This document shows positions 51,565-60,550 of a stretch of DNA of 64,000 nucleotides, piece by piece. Position 1 is the stretch's first letter. Every line of letters begins with the position of its first letter. The position numbers and the translations under genes were made by a program. The notes under the pieces were generated by a model that was not told where the DNA came from, searched no databases, and saw nothing but the letters and a program-made list of their open reading frames with translations. Location: the NCBI GenBank assembly GCA_949738935.1, contig CATJCJ010000307.1, positions 33,753 to 97,752 of the forward strand. The letters run 5' to 3'. This DNA is from an uncultured Eubacteriales bacterium (GTDB lineage Bacteria > Bacillota > Clostridia > Lachnospirales > CAG-274).

Positions 51565-51641
51565 ATGTTGTTTTGTGAGATTTTGTTAATGTAATAATGT
51601 GCGGAAGTATTACGCGCGGATTTTTAAAGGGAGGTTTTTTG

Positions 51642-53951
51642 ATGAAAAGACTTAAAAACATACTTATGTTGATTAATGTTGGAATGGTTTTTGCTGTTAT
51701 TCTTGTTATCGCCGGCTGCGCTATGGTAAGCGTATATGAGCAGAATAAAACGGCTGTGGCAGATTATAAATCAGCTCTTAACGAGGGTTATGATAACAGT
51801 ATAAAGTATCAGGTTCAAAATGTGATTACTCTTTTAGATGGTATTTACGCTCAGCAAAAGGAAGGTACCCTTTCTGAGGATGCCGCTAAAAAACTCGCCA
51901 TAGACCTTATAAAAACTTTGAGATATAATGGCGACGGCTATTTTTGGATTGATGATACTGACTATTATCTTGTGGCACATCCTATGCTTTCTGAACAGGA
52001 GGGAAATAACAGATATGACCTTACTGATAAAGATGGAGTTAAAATTATTCAGACAATTATGGATATTGCCCTTAATAATAAAGAAGGGGGTTTTTCTGAT
52101 TTTTCTTTTGATAAACCAGGACAAACAGAACCCGCTCCAAAGAGGTCTTATTCATCTTTGTTTGAGCCGTGGGGCTGGGTTATAAGTACTGGTAATTATG
52201 TTGATGATATTGAGGCTGTTACTGTCGCCAGAGAAGATGAGATGTCTTCTTCTTTTTATACTCTTATCGGAATTATAGCCGTTATAAGTGTTGTTCTTCT
52301 CGCGGCTTGTGCTGTTGTGGCTTTGATTTTTGCCTCAGTTATCACAAAGCCCCTTAATCATATTATTAATGTAAGTGATGAGGTTACAAAGGGAAATATT
52401 AATGTTAATATAAATCCGGCATTTCTTAAAAGGAAAGATGAGATGGGGACTCTTTGCGAGGCTTTTGTAAATATGGCAGGGGTTCTTAATAAACTTATTG
52501 ACGACCTTACTTTGATGGCTCGGGCTCAGAAAGACGGAAAAGATGATGTTATTCTTGATACTTCTAAGCTTGGAGGCAGATTTAAAGAAATGGGGCTTTT
52601 GCTTAATGATATGGTCATTGAAAATGCCAGACAGATTAAGGCTACAACGGGAGCGTTATCTTGTATAAATGAAATCGCTCAGGGTAATTTTGACGCTGAG
52701 GCTGATGGGATTGGCGATGATAATAAAATGTTTAATGAACTTATAGAAAATCTGAGAAATCATCTTAAAAGTGTGTATGATGAGATTTCAAATATTGTTT
52801 ATAACGCTTCGAATGGAAATCTTGAATGTTACGCCGACCGGAATAAATATAATGGTGACTGGGCTAAGCTTATAGGTGAACTTAATCATTTGATAGAGTC
52901 AGTTAATAAACCTATAAATGAAATGTCTGATACCCTTAAACTGATGGTTAACGGGGATATGTCCGTAAAGATGAAGGGGGATTACAAGGGAAGTTTCGCT
53001 GTTATAAAAGACAGTGTTAACGGTTCAATTGCTCATACTTCTGAATATATTAATGAAATTTCTGATATTTTGTCAAAAATGTCACAACATAATTTGGATA
53101 TTACTATTGACAGAGAGTATGTTGGAGATTATGGACGTATAAAAGATGCTATGCTTCTTATTATATCAAGTTTTAACAGACTTATAGGAGAAATAAAAGC
53201 CTCGGCGGGACAAGTGGCTGATGGCGCCAGACTTATCGCTGAGTCAAGCGTGGATTTATCAGAGGGTGCCTCAAGAGAAACGAGTACTGTGGATAAATTT
53301 AATGTCTCTATAAAAAATATTCTTGAAAAGTCAAAAACTAATACCGCTAACGCTGAAAACGCGAGAGTTCTCGCTAATGAGTCAAAAGAAAACGCTAAAA
53401 TCGGTTCTGAACATATGAATAAAATGCTTTATTCTATGAGGGAAATTACAGAGGTTTCAAATAATATAAATAACATAATTAAAACTATTGAGGATATCGC
53501 TTTTCAAACGAATATTCTCGCTCTTAACGCCGCTGTTGAGGCGGCAAGAGCTGCTGAGCATGGTAAAGGGTTTGCTGTTGTCGCTGAGGAAGTTAGAAAT
53601 CTTGCTACAAGAAGTTCTCAGGCTTCTAAGGAAACCGCTGACCTTATTCAAGAGATTATTGATAAAATTCAAGAGGGTGTTAATATCGCTGATGAAACCG
53701 CTAGCTCTTTGAATACTATGGTTGGGGAAATTGATAACATAGTCGTTACTGTTGAACAGTGTGCTATAGATTCTAAAGAACAATATACAAGTATTGAGGA
53801 TATTAACAGAGGGGTCAAGGATATCTCAGATATCGCTCAGATAACATCTATGGAAAGTCAAAAATGTGCCGCTACATCTCAAGAGCTTTCGAGCCAATCT
53901 GAGGTTTTCAGAGAAATGGTGTCTTCTTTTGTACTTAAAGATTTTGAATAA
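51642..53951 (+). CDS. methyl-accepting chemotaxis protein with a Cache-like sensor and HAMP repeats
   Basis: TM1, a periplasmic Cache-like domain ([18 protein letters not shown]), TM2, then a long HAMP/helical region. The signalling hairpin '[40 protein letters not shown]' is conserved. The ATG at 51642 follows an AGGGAGG RBS. Confidence 0.9.
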   Translation: MKRLKNILMLINVGMVFAVILVIAGCAMVSVYEQNKTAVADYKSALNEGYDNSIKYQVQNVITLLDGIYAQQKEGTLSEDAAKKLAIDLIKTLRYNGDGYFWIDDTDYYLVAHPMLSEQEGNNRYDLTDKDGVKIIQTIMDIALNNKEGGFSDFSFDKPGQTEPAPKRSYSSLFEPWGWVISTGNYVDDIEAVTVAREDEMSSSFYTLIGIIAVISVVLLAACAVVALIFASVITKPLNHIINVSDEVTKGNINVNINPAFLKRKDEMGTLCEAFVNMAGVLNKLIDDLTLMARAQKDGKDDVILDTSKLGGRFKEMGLLLNDMVIENARQIKATTGALSCINEIAQGNFDAEADGIGDDNKMFNELIENLRNHLKSVYDEISNIVYNASNGNLECYADRNKYNGDWAKLIGELNHLIESVNKPINEMSDTLKLMVNGDMSVKMKGDYKGSFAVIKDSVNGSIAHTSEYINEISDILSKMSQHNLDITIDREYVGDYGRIKDAMLLIISSFNRLIGEIKASAGQVADGARLIAESSVDLSEGASRETSTVDKFNVSIKNILEKSKTNTANAENARVLANESKENAKIGSEHMNKMLYSMREITEVSNNINNIIKTIEDIAFQTNILALNAAVEAARAAEHGKGFAVVAEEVRNLATRSSQASKETADLIQEIIDKIQEGVNIADETASSLNTMVGEIDNIVVTVEQCAIDSKEQYTSIEDINRGVKDISDIAQITSMESQKCAATSQELSSQSEVFREMVSSFVLKDFE

Positions 53952-53988
53952 ATTTGAAAAGATTTTTATGCAAAGATAGTGAATAGAG

Positions 53989-54264
53989 TTATCCACATAA
54001 AATTGAATTTGAAATAGGCTTGAAAAGCGTTATCAACAAAGTTATCAACATATCCACTGTTAATAAGTTATGAATAATTAACAATATTGTTGAAATATTG
54101 TAGAATAAATGTGAAAAAAATGTGAAAAAAATGTTTATAAGTCAGTTTTGGACAAAAAACACAATATATTGTGCGAAACTTAGATTTGTTTGCGGATATA
54201 TAGTATATTTTTTCATAAAATGGCTGTGGATTTAAAAAAGTTATCCACATAAAATTGTGGATAA
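53989..54264. promoter_or_regulatory. DnaA-box cluster flanking an AT-rich tract
   Basis: Perfect TTATCCACA boxes at 53989-53997 and 54241-54249, plus an inverted one (TGTGGATAA) at 54256-54264. One-mismatch TTATCAACA boxes at 54030-54038 and 54042-54050. Weaker boxes at 54051-54057 and 54225-54233. The intervening sequence is very AT-rich and includes AAATGTGAAAAAAATGTGAAAAAAATG. Confidence 0.7.
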
Positions 54265-54280
54265 CGTGGAAAAGTGATAA

Positions 54281-54321
54281 AAAAACGCTGATTTATTTTA
54301 TAATAAATCAGCGTTTTTTTA
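54281..54321. terminator. bidirectional intrinsic terminator
   Basis: AAAAAAACGCTGATTTAT-TTTATA-ATAAATCAGCGTTTTTTT. Confidence 0.75.
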
Positions 54322-54415
54322 TGTACAGAGACGGCGTAATGAAATTTGTAAGCAAGGCTTACCGCCGTTTTGCAAGATGAGCGGGGAGTTAAAAATAGCA
54401 GCCTCCCGCTTGATT

Positions 54416-54631
54416 AAATTAACGTGAGTTCGATGAAATTTTATAATTAATGGAACCTTTTTCTATCGCAAAAAGGTTCCAAACCTCCAAAAATGCTCTT
54501 GAAGCATTAAAAACCTTGAGGTTTCACCTCAAACTCCACAAACTTTTTGAAAAAAGTTTGACAAAAATCTTTGTGCGAAACTACGTTTCGCTGATTTTAC
54601 TGTTATTTCTCATCGAACTCACGTTAATTTA
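54416..54631. repeat. MITE-like element with 21-bp terminal inverted repeats, hosting a family D copy
   Basis: AAATTAACGTGAGTTCGATGA ... TCATCGAACTCACGTTAATTT. The interior contains further hairpins and the family D copy at 54514-54593. Confidence 0.75.
54514..54593. repeat. family D intergenic repeat, copy 4 (inverted orientation)
   Basis: CCTTGAGGTTTCACCTCAAACTCCACAAACTTTTTGAAAAAAGTTTGACAAAAATCTTTGTGCGAAACTACGTTTCGCTG. Confidence 0.85.
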
Positions 54632-54652
54632 TGAACTTTTCCCAAGAACGCA

Positions 54653-54691
54653 AAAAAACCTGAAAATTCCCATTCTAAGGAATTCTCAGGG
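54653..54691 (-). terminator. intrinsic terminator (minus strand) about 310 nt downstream of the 55004-55636 gene
   Basis: The minus strand reads CCTGAGAATTCC-TTAGAATG-GGAATTTTCAGG followed by TTTTTTT. Confidence 0.65.
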
Positions 54692-55003
54692 TGTTCTTAA
54701 ATCATTTTCGTTCATAATTTTACTGATTCATTTGGCAAGCAATGTTTATGATCGCCCATGAACAAATTTCGCTCACTTTTTTCTTTGAAAATCTATTAAT
54801 CATTTAACCTTTATAGACTCATCGTAATTACAGGTTCTTACGGATATTGATACTAATCTCATTTACAGAAACCATTTTCTTTATAACTAAACGGTCAGCG
54901 CTATTACTTCTCGAAAGTGGATAGTATAAAAAATCACAGAATAATTTGAAAAATTTTGAGTAAAAATAATTCTTTCTTTGAATATATTGAAATAACTGTA
55001 TAA

Positions 55004-55636
55004 TTATATAATAAGACGTCCTTTTGATACAAAATAATAATATCCATAAGAAGTAGAAGCGATACGACAAGCTTCAATAACCTTGATTTCTCCCTGATTT
55101 TTCTTGTCTATATAAAAAAAACTTTCCAAATATCGTAAATTATCACTGCTCAAATCTTTAATCGGAAAAATATCAAAATATCCGTCAGACGAATCCACTC
55201 TGTAAAAAAATTTATTTTTATCATCAGCCTTTAAATCTTCCATAACTTTATCTCCGCTGCTATAATTAAGTTTTGTTTTCAAAAACCTTCTGTCAATTTT
55301 TCCAAGATTAAAAAACTTGACATTTTCTTCTGTTTTCTCATTACTTATAACATTTTCCTCTATCTTTATTTTTCCGTCTCTAATCAAATGGGAATTATCT
55401 TTATTTTTTTTTAACTCTCTTATCTCAATTTTTATTTTTAAAAGTTCCTCTTCCCTGTCGCTTATAATTTTTTCTAATTCCTCTATTCTATTAGTAAGTA
55501 AATCAATTTGATTGTTTTTAAACTTTTCAAATTTTTCATCCATTCCTATTATTATTGAACCCACTATTTTTTTTATATCTTCACGAAAATAATCAAATAA
55601 TTCTTTTTTTATCTCTTCCGCGTCCTTTTCGTTCAA
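55004..55636 (-). CDS. coiled-coil protein whose C-terminal domain is shared with the 56070-56942 product
   Basis: TTG start 10 nt after GGAGG. The N-terminal half is heptad-like (LLTNRIEELEKIISDREEELLKIKIEIRELKK). The C-terminal ~90 aa (FFYRVDSSDGYFDIFPIKD...RYLESFFYIDKK...IEACRI...YGYYYFVSKGRLII) aligns with the C-terminus of the upstream membrane protein. Confidence 0.6.
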   Translation of the reverse strand: MNEKDAEEIKKELFDYFREDIKKIVGSIIIGMDEKFEKFKNNQIDLLTNRIEELEKIISDREEELLKIKIEIRELKKNKDNSHLIRDGKIKIEENVISNEKTEENVKFFNLGKIDRRFLKTKLNYSSGDKVMEDLKADDKNKFFYRVDSSDGYFDIFPIKDLSSDNLRYLESFFYIDKKNQGEIKVIEACRIASTSYGYYYFVSKGRLII

Positions 55637-55798
55637 ATCAATTCCGCCTCCTATAATAAGACAATAATAATATTCTCCTCAAATTCTTAAATGTATCAAA
55701 GCGTATCTAAAAAGTTTCTTAAAAGCACCAAAATTATATAAATAACAGATTTTTTTTAATATAAAAATTTGTTAAACTTGAGAAACATCAAAAAATCG

Positions 55799-55840
55799 AG
55801 TAGAAGGCAATTTTCTTGTCCTTCTACTCGTTCAAACTTA
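55799..55840 (-). terminator. intrinsic terminator ending the tubulin-like/actin-like operon
   Basis: The minus strand reads CGAGTAGAAGG-ACAAGAAAATTG-CCTTCTACTCG followed by ATTTTTT, about 230 nt downstream of the 56070 stop. Confidence 0.7.
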
Positions 55841-56069
55841 TCTCAATCAATCTCCTTTAATAAATTTTTATTTCTTCATCGTATAAAATATAAAATTAAA
55901 TCTATTATTTATTTTCTCATTAAAATAATTATAGAGATCAGTATAAAAACTATATAAATAATAAATTTTTAAGTATACACCTATTTTTAGAGAAAATCAA
56001 TAAATAAGTATAATTCAGATATATTTTATAATTTTTTATGGATACTTTAATTTTTAAAATACACCATAG

Positions 56070-56942
56070 TTATTTAAAATAAACCGTACCCAATGAGATA
56101 ATATCATATTTGCCAAGCATACTTTCCTGTAATATACATGGCTCAACACTATTATCCTGTCCTTTTGCGACTTTAAAAAAGCTTACAGATAAATATCTTG
56201 ACCTCATTCTCTCATCAATAATAACATTTTTTGATGGATAAATCTCATATTTATTGTTTCCACAGTTTAAAGCATAAAATATACCGTTTGGCTTCTTTTC
56301 AAGTTGGTTTCCATATTCGCTAAAACTACATTCCGTCCCATTAAGCTCTTTAGGAAAATCTCCATGATTATTTAAATATAAATTATACTTTTCTTTAATA
56401 GTAAAATATTTAGCTGACTGTAAAGTGTCTAAATCTTTTCTATCAGCTTTTCCCGATTTTAAGTTTTCCTGTTCTTGTCTAAACGTGTTGTTTGACAAAT
56501 TAGATACATCTCTATCCATTCCATAAAACTTATCGTCGCTATCCTTTTTTAACTTGTCTAAATTATTTTCAATATAATCAATTTTATCTTTCAGCGTATC
56601 ATAATCTTTCTTAAGAGAATTAAAACTCACTCTCAGCTGTTTAAAATAATAACGATAATTATCACCAATTCTTCTGAGCATAATAAAAATAATCACAAGA
56701 AAAACAATTACAGCCGCTAACATTACACACAATACTGAAAAACTTATAATACCACTAACAGAATCAAATGAGAAAATAGGAGAAATAGCCGAGGATGTTG
56801 TGGAACTTTCAATTGCGACGGAACTTTCAATAAAGCTTTCAACCTCAGCGAAAGCTTTTTGAGTAAACATAGAGGATATTAAGCCTAATATGAAAATCAT
56901 TATCAAAATATTTTTTAAAACATTTTTTATATAAATACTCAT
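56070..56942 (-). CDS. bitopic membrane protein: signal/TM, second TM, coiled coil and the shared C-terminal domain
   Basis: ATG at 56942, 9 nt after GGAGG and 3 nt after the upstream TGA. It has N-terminal hydrophobic segment ILIMIFILGLISSMF..AFA and a second TM, FSVLCVMLAAVIVFLVIIFIML. The coiled coil reads LKKDYDTLKDKIDYIENNLDKLKKD. The C-terminal domain is IFYALNCGNNKYEIYPSKN...RYLSVSFFKVAKG...VEPCIL...GKYDIISLGTVYFK. Confidence 0.65.
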   Translation of the reverse strand: MSIYIKNVLKNILIMIFILGLISSMFTQKAFAEVESFIESSVAIESSTTSSAISPIFSFDSVSGIISFSVLCVMLAAVIVFLVIIFIMLRRIGDNYRYYFKQLRVSFNSLKKDYDTLKDKIDYIENNLDKLKKDSDDKFYGMDRDVSNLSNNTFRQEQENLKSGKADRKDLDTLQSAKYFTIKEKYNLYLNNHGDFPKELNGTECSFSEYGNQLEKKPNGIFYALNCGNNKYEIYPSKNVIIDERMRSRYLSVSFFKVAKGQDNSVEPCILQESMLGKYDIISLGTVYFK

Positions 56943-56944
56943 AA

Positions 56945-59900
56945 TCAAATACCTCCATTATTTCGTTTACCTCGTAAAATCTCTAAAATAGCCTGTATTC
57001 CAATAATAAATGAAGGATCAACTTTATGAGCGTTAGCGTTTAAGTTTACAATAACTTTCATTCCCTCATAAATATCAAGCCAATCATCAGCGTTTAAATC
57101 AATTATCATTTTCTTATCACCGTTAAATATTTTTCTATTAACAATATCGACAAACTTTTTAAGATTTTCAAGTTTAGGTGATATTTCAAAGGTATATTTT
57201 AAATTTTGCTCACCGCTGTCAGCGCTGAAATAATCAATATATTTTGAGTTTTCACTCAATTTAAGGTCATAATCAGGACCTATATCAAAGTCCTTGTTTT
57301 CATATCGGACAAAGACTTTTTCCCCGTTATACATTTTTTCCGTATTATCAAACTCAATATTGTCAATATCAATACGGCTTAATTTCAACAATCCTTTCGA
57401 CGCTTCCGTTTTAAGATTGTTTTCATTAAGCGGCTCAATATGAATATTTATTCCCAGTTCATCAGATAATACCTTTCGCATATTTGTAATATATCTTTCA
57501 CCAACCCAATTATACATCTTTGAGCCGTTTCCAGCAAAATACAAATTAATATCTCTTGAACCGCTCACACTATCCTTAACAAGCTCAAGTGATTTGACAG
57601 AATAATACATTATGCCAAAAAATCCAAGAACAAGCTCTTGTTTAAACGGAATAAGCTCGTCGTTATCTCTGCCGTCAACAAAAGATTTTATTTTATCGCC
57701 AAATTTAAATATAGCCGGTTCAATATCTGTTCTAAATCTTCTCATAATTCTATCTCTTCCGTCAAAGTTTCCGTTTATAGCCTTAATAGCCTCGTCTATA
57801 GCTCTTCCATATGTCGCTCTGTTAAGCTCGCTGATACTTTCCTGTAAAACTGTATAGCTTTCCTCGTTAGTATCGCTCATGATAAGCTCGGCAATAGAAG
57901 CTAGGAATATAAGCCTCGAAGCTATATTAACAGATACCTGTATAATATTTTTCGGAGTATTACCCTCAATAACTTTCCAAAATGAAATATCAGTTGAACC
58001 TCCACCAATATCTATACAGCCATAAAGCATACACCTCGATGATAACGCCTGCTCCTGAAAAAACTTAGCGGAAACAATACTTTCCGAACAATACTGGCTG
58101 CCGTTTGAGTTAAATATAAAAGCGTTTCTGTCGCAAGATTCCCTAAGAGAATCTATTACCGATTTTGTAATATTTTTAAACTCATCAAACGATTCCTGCC
58201 TTAAAGAAGTAGGATAAGAAAATTTCCATGTAAATTTACAAGCCTGCTTTTGATAAATAAGGGCGTATACAATATTTTTTATAATTTGGCTCAAATAAGC
58301 TTTTAGCGCTCGTTTGTTGTCAGCCGTAGTTCCCCATTTCATTTCAGTTTCAATACAATCGTTGGCGCTTAGCTCAATCTCATAATCAAAAATAACATTA
58401 CCTATAGAAAACAGATTCTTAGCGTCTGCTGTTTTTTTACTTGAGTTATTCTGATAAATACTCGGATACGCCTTTTGGTTATAATAACGATAAGGCAAAA
58501 AATACGCTATATTATCGTCTATGTAATTGGGATTATTATAAATAACCTTGAGGCCATTGTCATCCATTTTTCCAACGCAATCAACCGGCTCAAGAATTCC
58601 TCCCCTTTTTTCCCTAAATTCATAAAGTTTACCAAATTCAATAAATTCTGAATTTTCCCCAAAATTGTCGGTTGTGTAAAAAGCTACCGTTGAGGTTGTA
58701 CCAAAATCTATGGCTACATTATAAACAACTTCTGAATTTGGGTTTACAATAGTCTCATTAGGCTTTGGAAGTATAAAAGCTCCAAGCTCTACCCCGTTCG
58801 TTCCGTCAAGAGATACTTTTTTAAATATAATATGTGTCGGTACATCCTCACATTTATAAACCAATCGTTCTCTTTTATCTTTGCTGTACGCTAAATCCAA
58901 ATCAAAATTATTATCAGCTATTATATCCTCAACCATGATTTCCGCGATATATTTAAAATCCACACTCTGATTTGACGGCATAGCCTCATAAACATAATAC
59001 TCATTCCATAAGTTAGCACCTAAAATATTATTCTGCGCTTTAATTTTTTGATACGGCCAAATAAAAACAGAAGGTATATCAACGTCAAAAATATCAATTA
59101 TACTCTCACCTGAATACTCATGTTTAATATGTAGCTGTTTATATGTTCCTTTGCCGTTTACCTCTTTATAAATGGGAAACACAACATGAAATCTGTAAGT
59201 TCCGTCAACAATTTTCTCAAGTTTGATTTTTATTTTATCTTTATTTTCATCTGAGAAATTACCGCTGAGAATTTCATCAATTCTCACGTCATAATTAATG
59301 TTATATGGCTTAATACGCTCAAAAATATTATTTTTTATAGGCCATATAACATATTTCTCATATCCGCTGTCCTCGAAAGAATCGGTAAACTCTGAAACTT
59401 TCGTACCCGTAAAACAATTAATTAAACATAAATCATCAAGGAAAATATCATCCTCACTAAAAAATCCCGTATTAACATCCATTTTTATATTATTTCTGCT
59501 TAAAAACTCTTTAAGCTCCGTTGATAATTCCTCAACAACATATAAAGGCTTGTCACTTCTTCCCGTATAAACCTGAATTAAAGGTTTAACGGCGTCAACG
59601 TTTATATTTGGATAAATATACTCAAAAACCTCGCTTATTTTTGATACATTTCCATCAAAGTTAAATAAAAAATCAATGAACCTATTTTCATCAAGGCCCC
59701 GCGCTTTTAACAGTTCTTCTTCTCCCGCCTCAGAAATAGCTTTATCAAGGTCCTCAATAAAATCATTAATAAAACCACAGGCTAAAGTTATTAAGTTATT
59801 TTCCTCCAGAATATTTGTTCTTAAAATTCTTTCTATACATTCAAGCCACTTTCTCATGTATAAATATTGAATACTGTTCTTCGTTATAAAAGGAATAGGG

Positions 59901-60550
59901 TCAATAAAATCAATCCTTTTATTAATGGTTCCCATAATTTCCTTTTCACAGAGTATTTTAACAATATTTGAGCTATCATAAGAATACATGGGACATACAA
60001 GACCTGAATTTGATAAAACCCCAATATTTTGTGTCTCGCCCATATTCGCGCACTCTATAAAAACAAATTCGTCCCAGCAAGAACTATCGCCAAACAATTG
60101 GCTGTTTGGCTTTAAATAGATCAAATTTCTATAAAACTTATTAACATTATTCTCTGAATATTTAGCGCTTAAATCTACTTTATGAAAATTTATCTCCAAA
60201 TCAATAAAATCCTTTAAAGCGATAATAGTGAGTAGCCCTCTCCATTGATTAACAGCGTCCTCATGTAACTGCCCAAAATCATCGGAAACCATAATAGTGT
60301 CAAATGAAATAATAGAAGCCCATGGAGAAGGTACTGAAATTTCACTCCTGTTTTTTATTATCGTCTTAGCGCCGTTGTCAGACGTCTCAAGGTCGCTCGC
60401 TATATTTCTCAAAGTTGATACCGCGTTATAAGAACCGCCTCCGGCCTCTCCTAAGGAAGAGCCGTCTGTCACCGGATTAACGGCGAGATTTGGATTTTTC
60501 CCGTTTCTTAAAGCGTTACTTGTTATATAAGTAAATTTTTTCCCCGCCAT
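56945..60550 (-). CDS. giant (~1200 aa) protein: unknown N-terminal ~600 aa plus a C-terminal actin/Hsp70-superfamily ATPase-like domain
   Basis: Phosphate-1-like 'VAIDFGTTSTVAFY' (DFGTTSTV is encoded at 58685-58708). Phosphate-2-like 'CIDIGGGSTDISFW' (57983-58012). Adenosine-motif-like 'NLYFAGNGSKMYNW'. The ATG at 60550 overlaps the upstream stop (TAATG); the ORF-track start at 60574 is an alternative. Confidence 0.8.
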   Translation of the reverse strand: MAGKKFTYITSNALRNGKNPNLAVNPVTDGSSLGEAGGGSYNAVSTLRNIASDLETSDNGAKTIIKNRSEISVPSPWASIISFDTIMVSDDFGQLHEDAVNQWRGLLTIIALKDFIDLEINFHKVDLSAKYSENNVNKFYRNLIYLKPNSQLFGDSSCWDEFVFIECANMGETQNIGVLSNSGLVCPMYSYDSSNIVKILCEKEIMGTINKRIDFIDPIPFITKNSIQYLYMRKWLECIERILRTNILEENNLITLACGFINDFIEDLDKAISEAGEEELLKARGLDENRFIDFLFNFDGNVSKISEVFEYIYPNINVDAVKPLIQVYTGRSDKPLYVVEELSTELKEFLSRNNIKMDVNTGFFSEDDIFLDDLCLINCFTGTKVSEFTDSFEDSGYEKYVIWPIKNNIFERIKPYNINYDVRIDEILSGNFSDENKDKIKIKLEKIVDGTYRFHVVFPIYKEVNGKGTYKQLHIKHEYSGESIIDIFDVDIPSVFIWPYQKIKAQNNILGANLWNEYYVYEAMPSNQSVDFKYIAEIMVEDIIADNNFDLDLAYSKDKRERLVYKCEDVPTHIIFKKVSLDGTNGVELGAFILPKPNETIVNPNSEVVYNVAIDFGTTSTVAFYTTDNFGENSEFIEFGKLYEFREKRGGILEPVDCVGKMDDNGLKVIYNNPNYIDDNIAYFLPYRYYNQKAYPSIYQNNSSKKTADAKNLFSIGNVIFDYEIELSANDCIETEMKWGTTADNKRALKAYLSQIIKNIVYALIYQKQACKFTWKFSYPTSLRQESFDEFKNITKSVIDSLRESCDRNAFIFNSNGSQYCSESIVSAKFFQEQALSSRCMLYGCIDIGGGSTDISFWKVIEGNTPKNIIQVSVNIASRLIFLASIAELIMSDTNEESYTVLQESISELNRATYGRAIDEAIKAINGNFDGRDRIMRRFRTDIEPAIFKFGDKIKSFVDGRDNDELIPFKQELVLGFFGIMYYSVKSLELVKDSVSGSRDINLYFAGNGSKMYNWVGERYITNMRKVLSDELGINIHIEPLNENNLKTEASKGLLKLSRIDIDNIEFDNTEKMYNGEKVFVRYENKDFDIGPDYDLKLSENSKYIDYFSADSGEQNLKYTFEISPKLENLKKFVDIVNRKIFNGDKKMIIDLNADDWLDIYEGMKVIVNLNANAHKVDPSFIIGIQAILEILRGKRNNGGI

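Noticed and set aside
51288-51600. Expected T-box leader upstream of proS.
   Set aside because: I scanned the minus strand for the conserved T-box sequence (AA-GGGTGGTACCGCG-like) and specifier/antiterminator architecture and found none. This should be confirmed with a covariance model.
175-51641. N-terminal extensions in the ORF track at 175, 12791, 12774, 18850, 20614, 20812, 24741, 26028, 29716, 35785, 37423, 49831 and 51597.
   Set aside because: In each case an internal ATG preceded by a GGAGG-like RBS gives the N-terminus expected for the family (e.g. Rpo[10 protein letters not shown]..., RibD MEKYMRTALDLA..., [11 protein letters not shown]...). The upstream extension runs into promoters, riboswitch or repeat sequence.
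53989-54264. Calling the DnaA-box cluster the chromosomal oriC.
   Set aside because: No dnaA, dnaN, rpmH or gidA/parB-type origin-proximal genes are in the window. I cannot compute GC skew. It is reported only as a DnaA-box cluster of unknown role.
54450-54761. 103-aa plus-strand ORF in the intergenic region left of the island.
   Set aside because: It reads straight through the 21-bp-TIR element and the family D repeat. Equivalent repeat copies elsewhere are not in conserved frames. There is no RBS.
54828-55070. 80-aa minus-strand ORF overlapping the 3' end of the 210-aa coiled-coil gene. I considered a frameshifted extension or a small membrane protein.
   Set aside because: The 210-aa protein ends at the position equivalent to its paralogue's natural C-terminus (...SKGRLII versus ...LGTVYFK), so no frameshift is needed. 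The overlapping ORF starts inside the upstream gene without an RBS. The ~310-nt 3' region before the terminator remains unexplained.
55769-55957. 62-aa plus-strand ORF in the spacer between the two coiled-coil genes.
   Set aside because: It spans the terminator hairpin, is low complexity (I/K-rich), and has no RBS.
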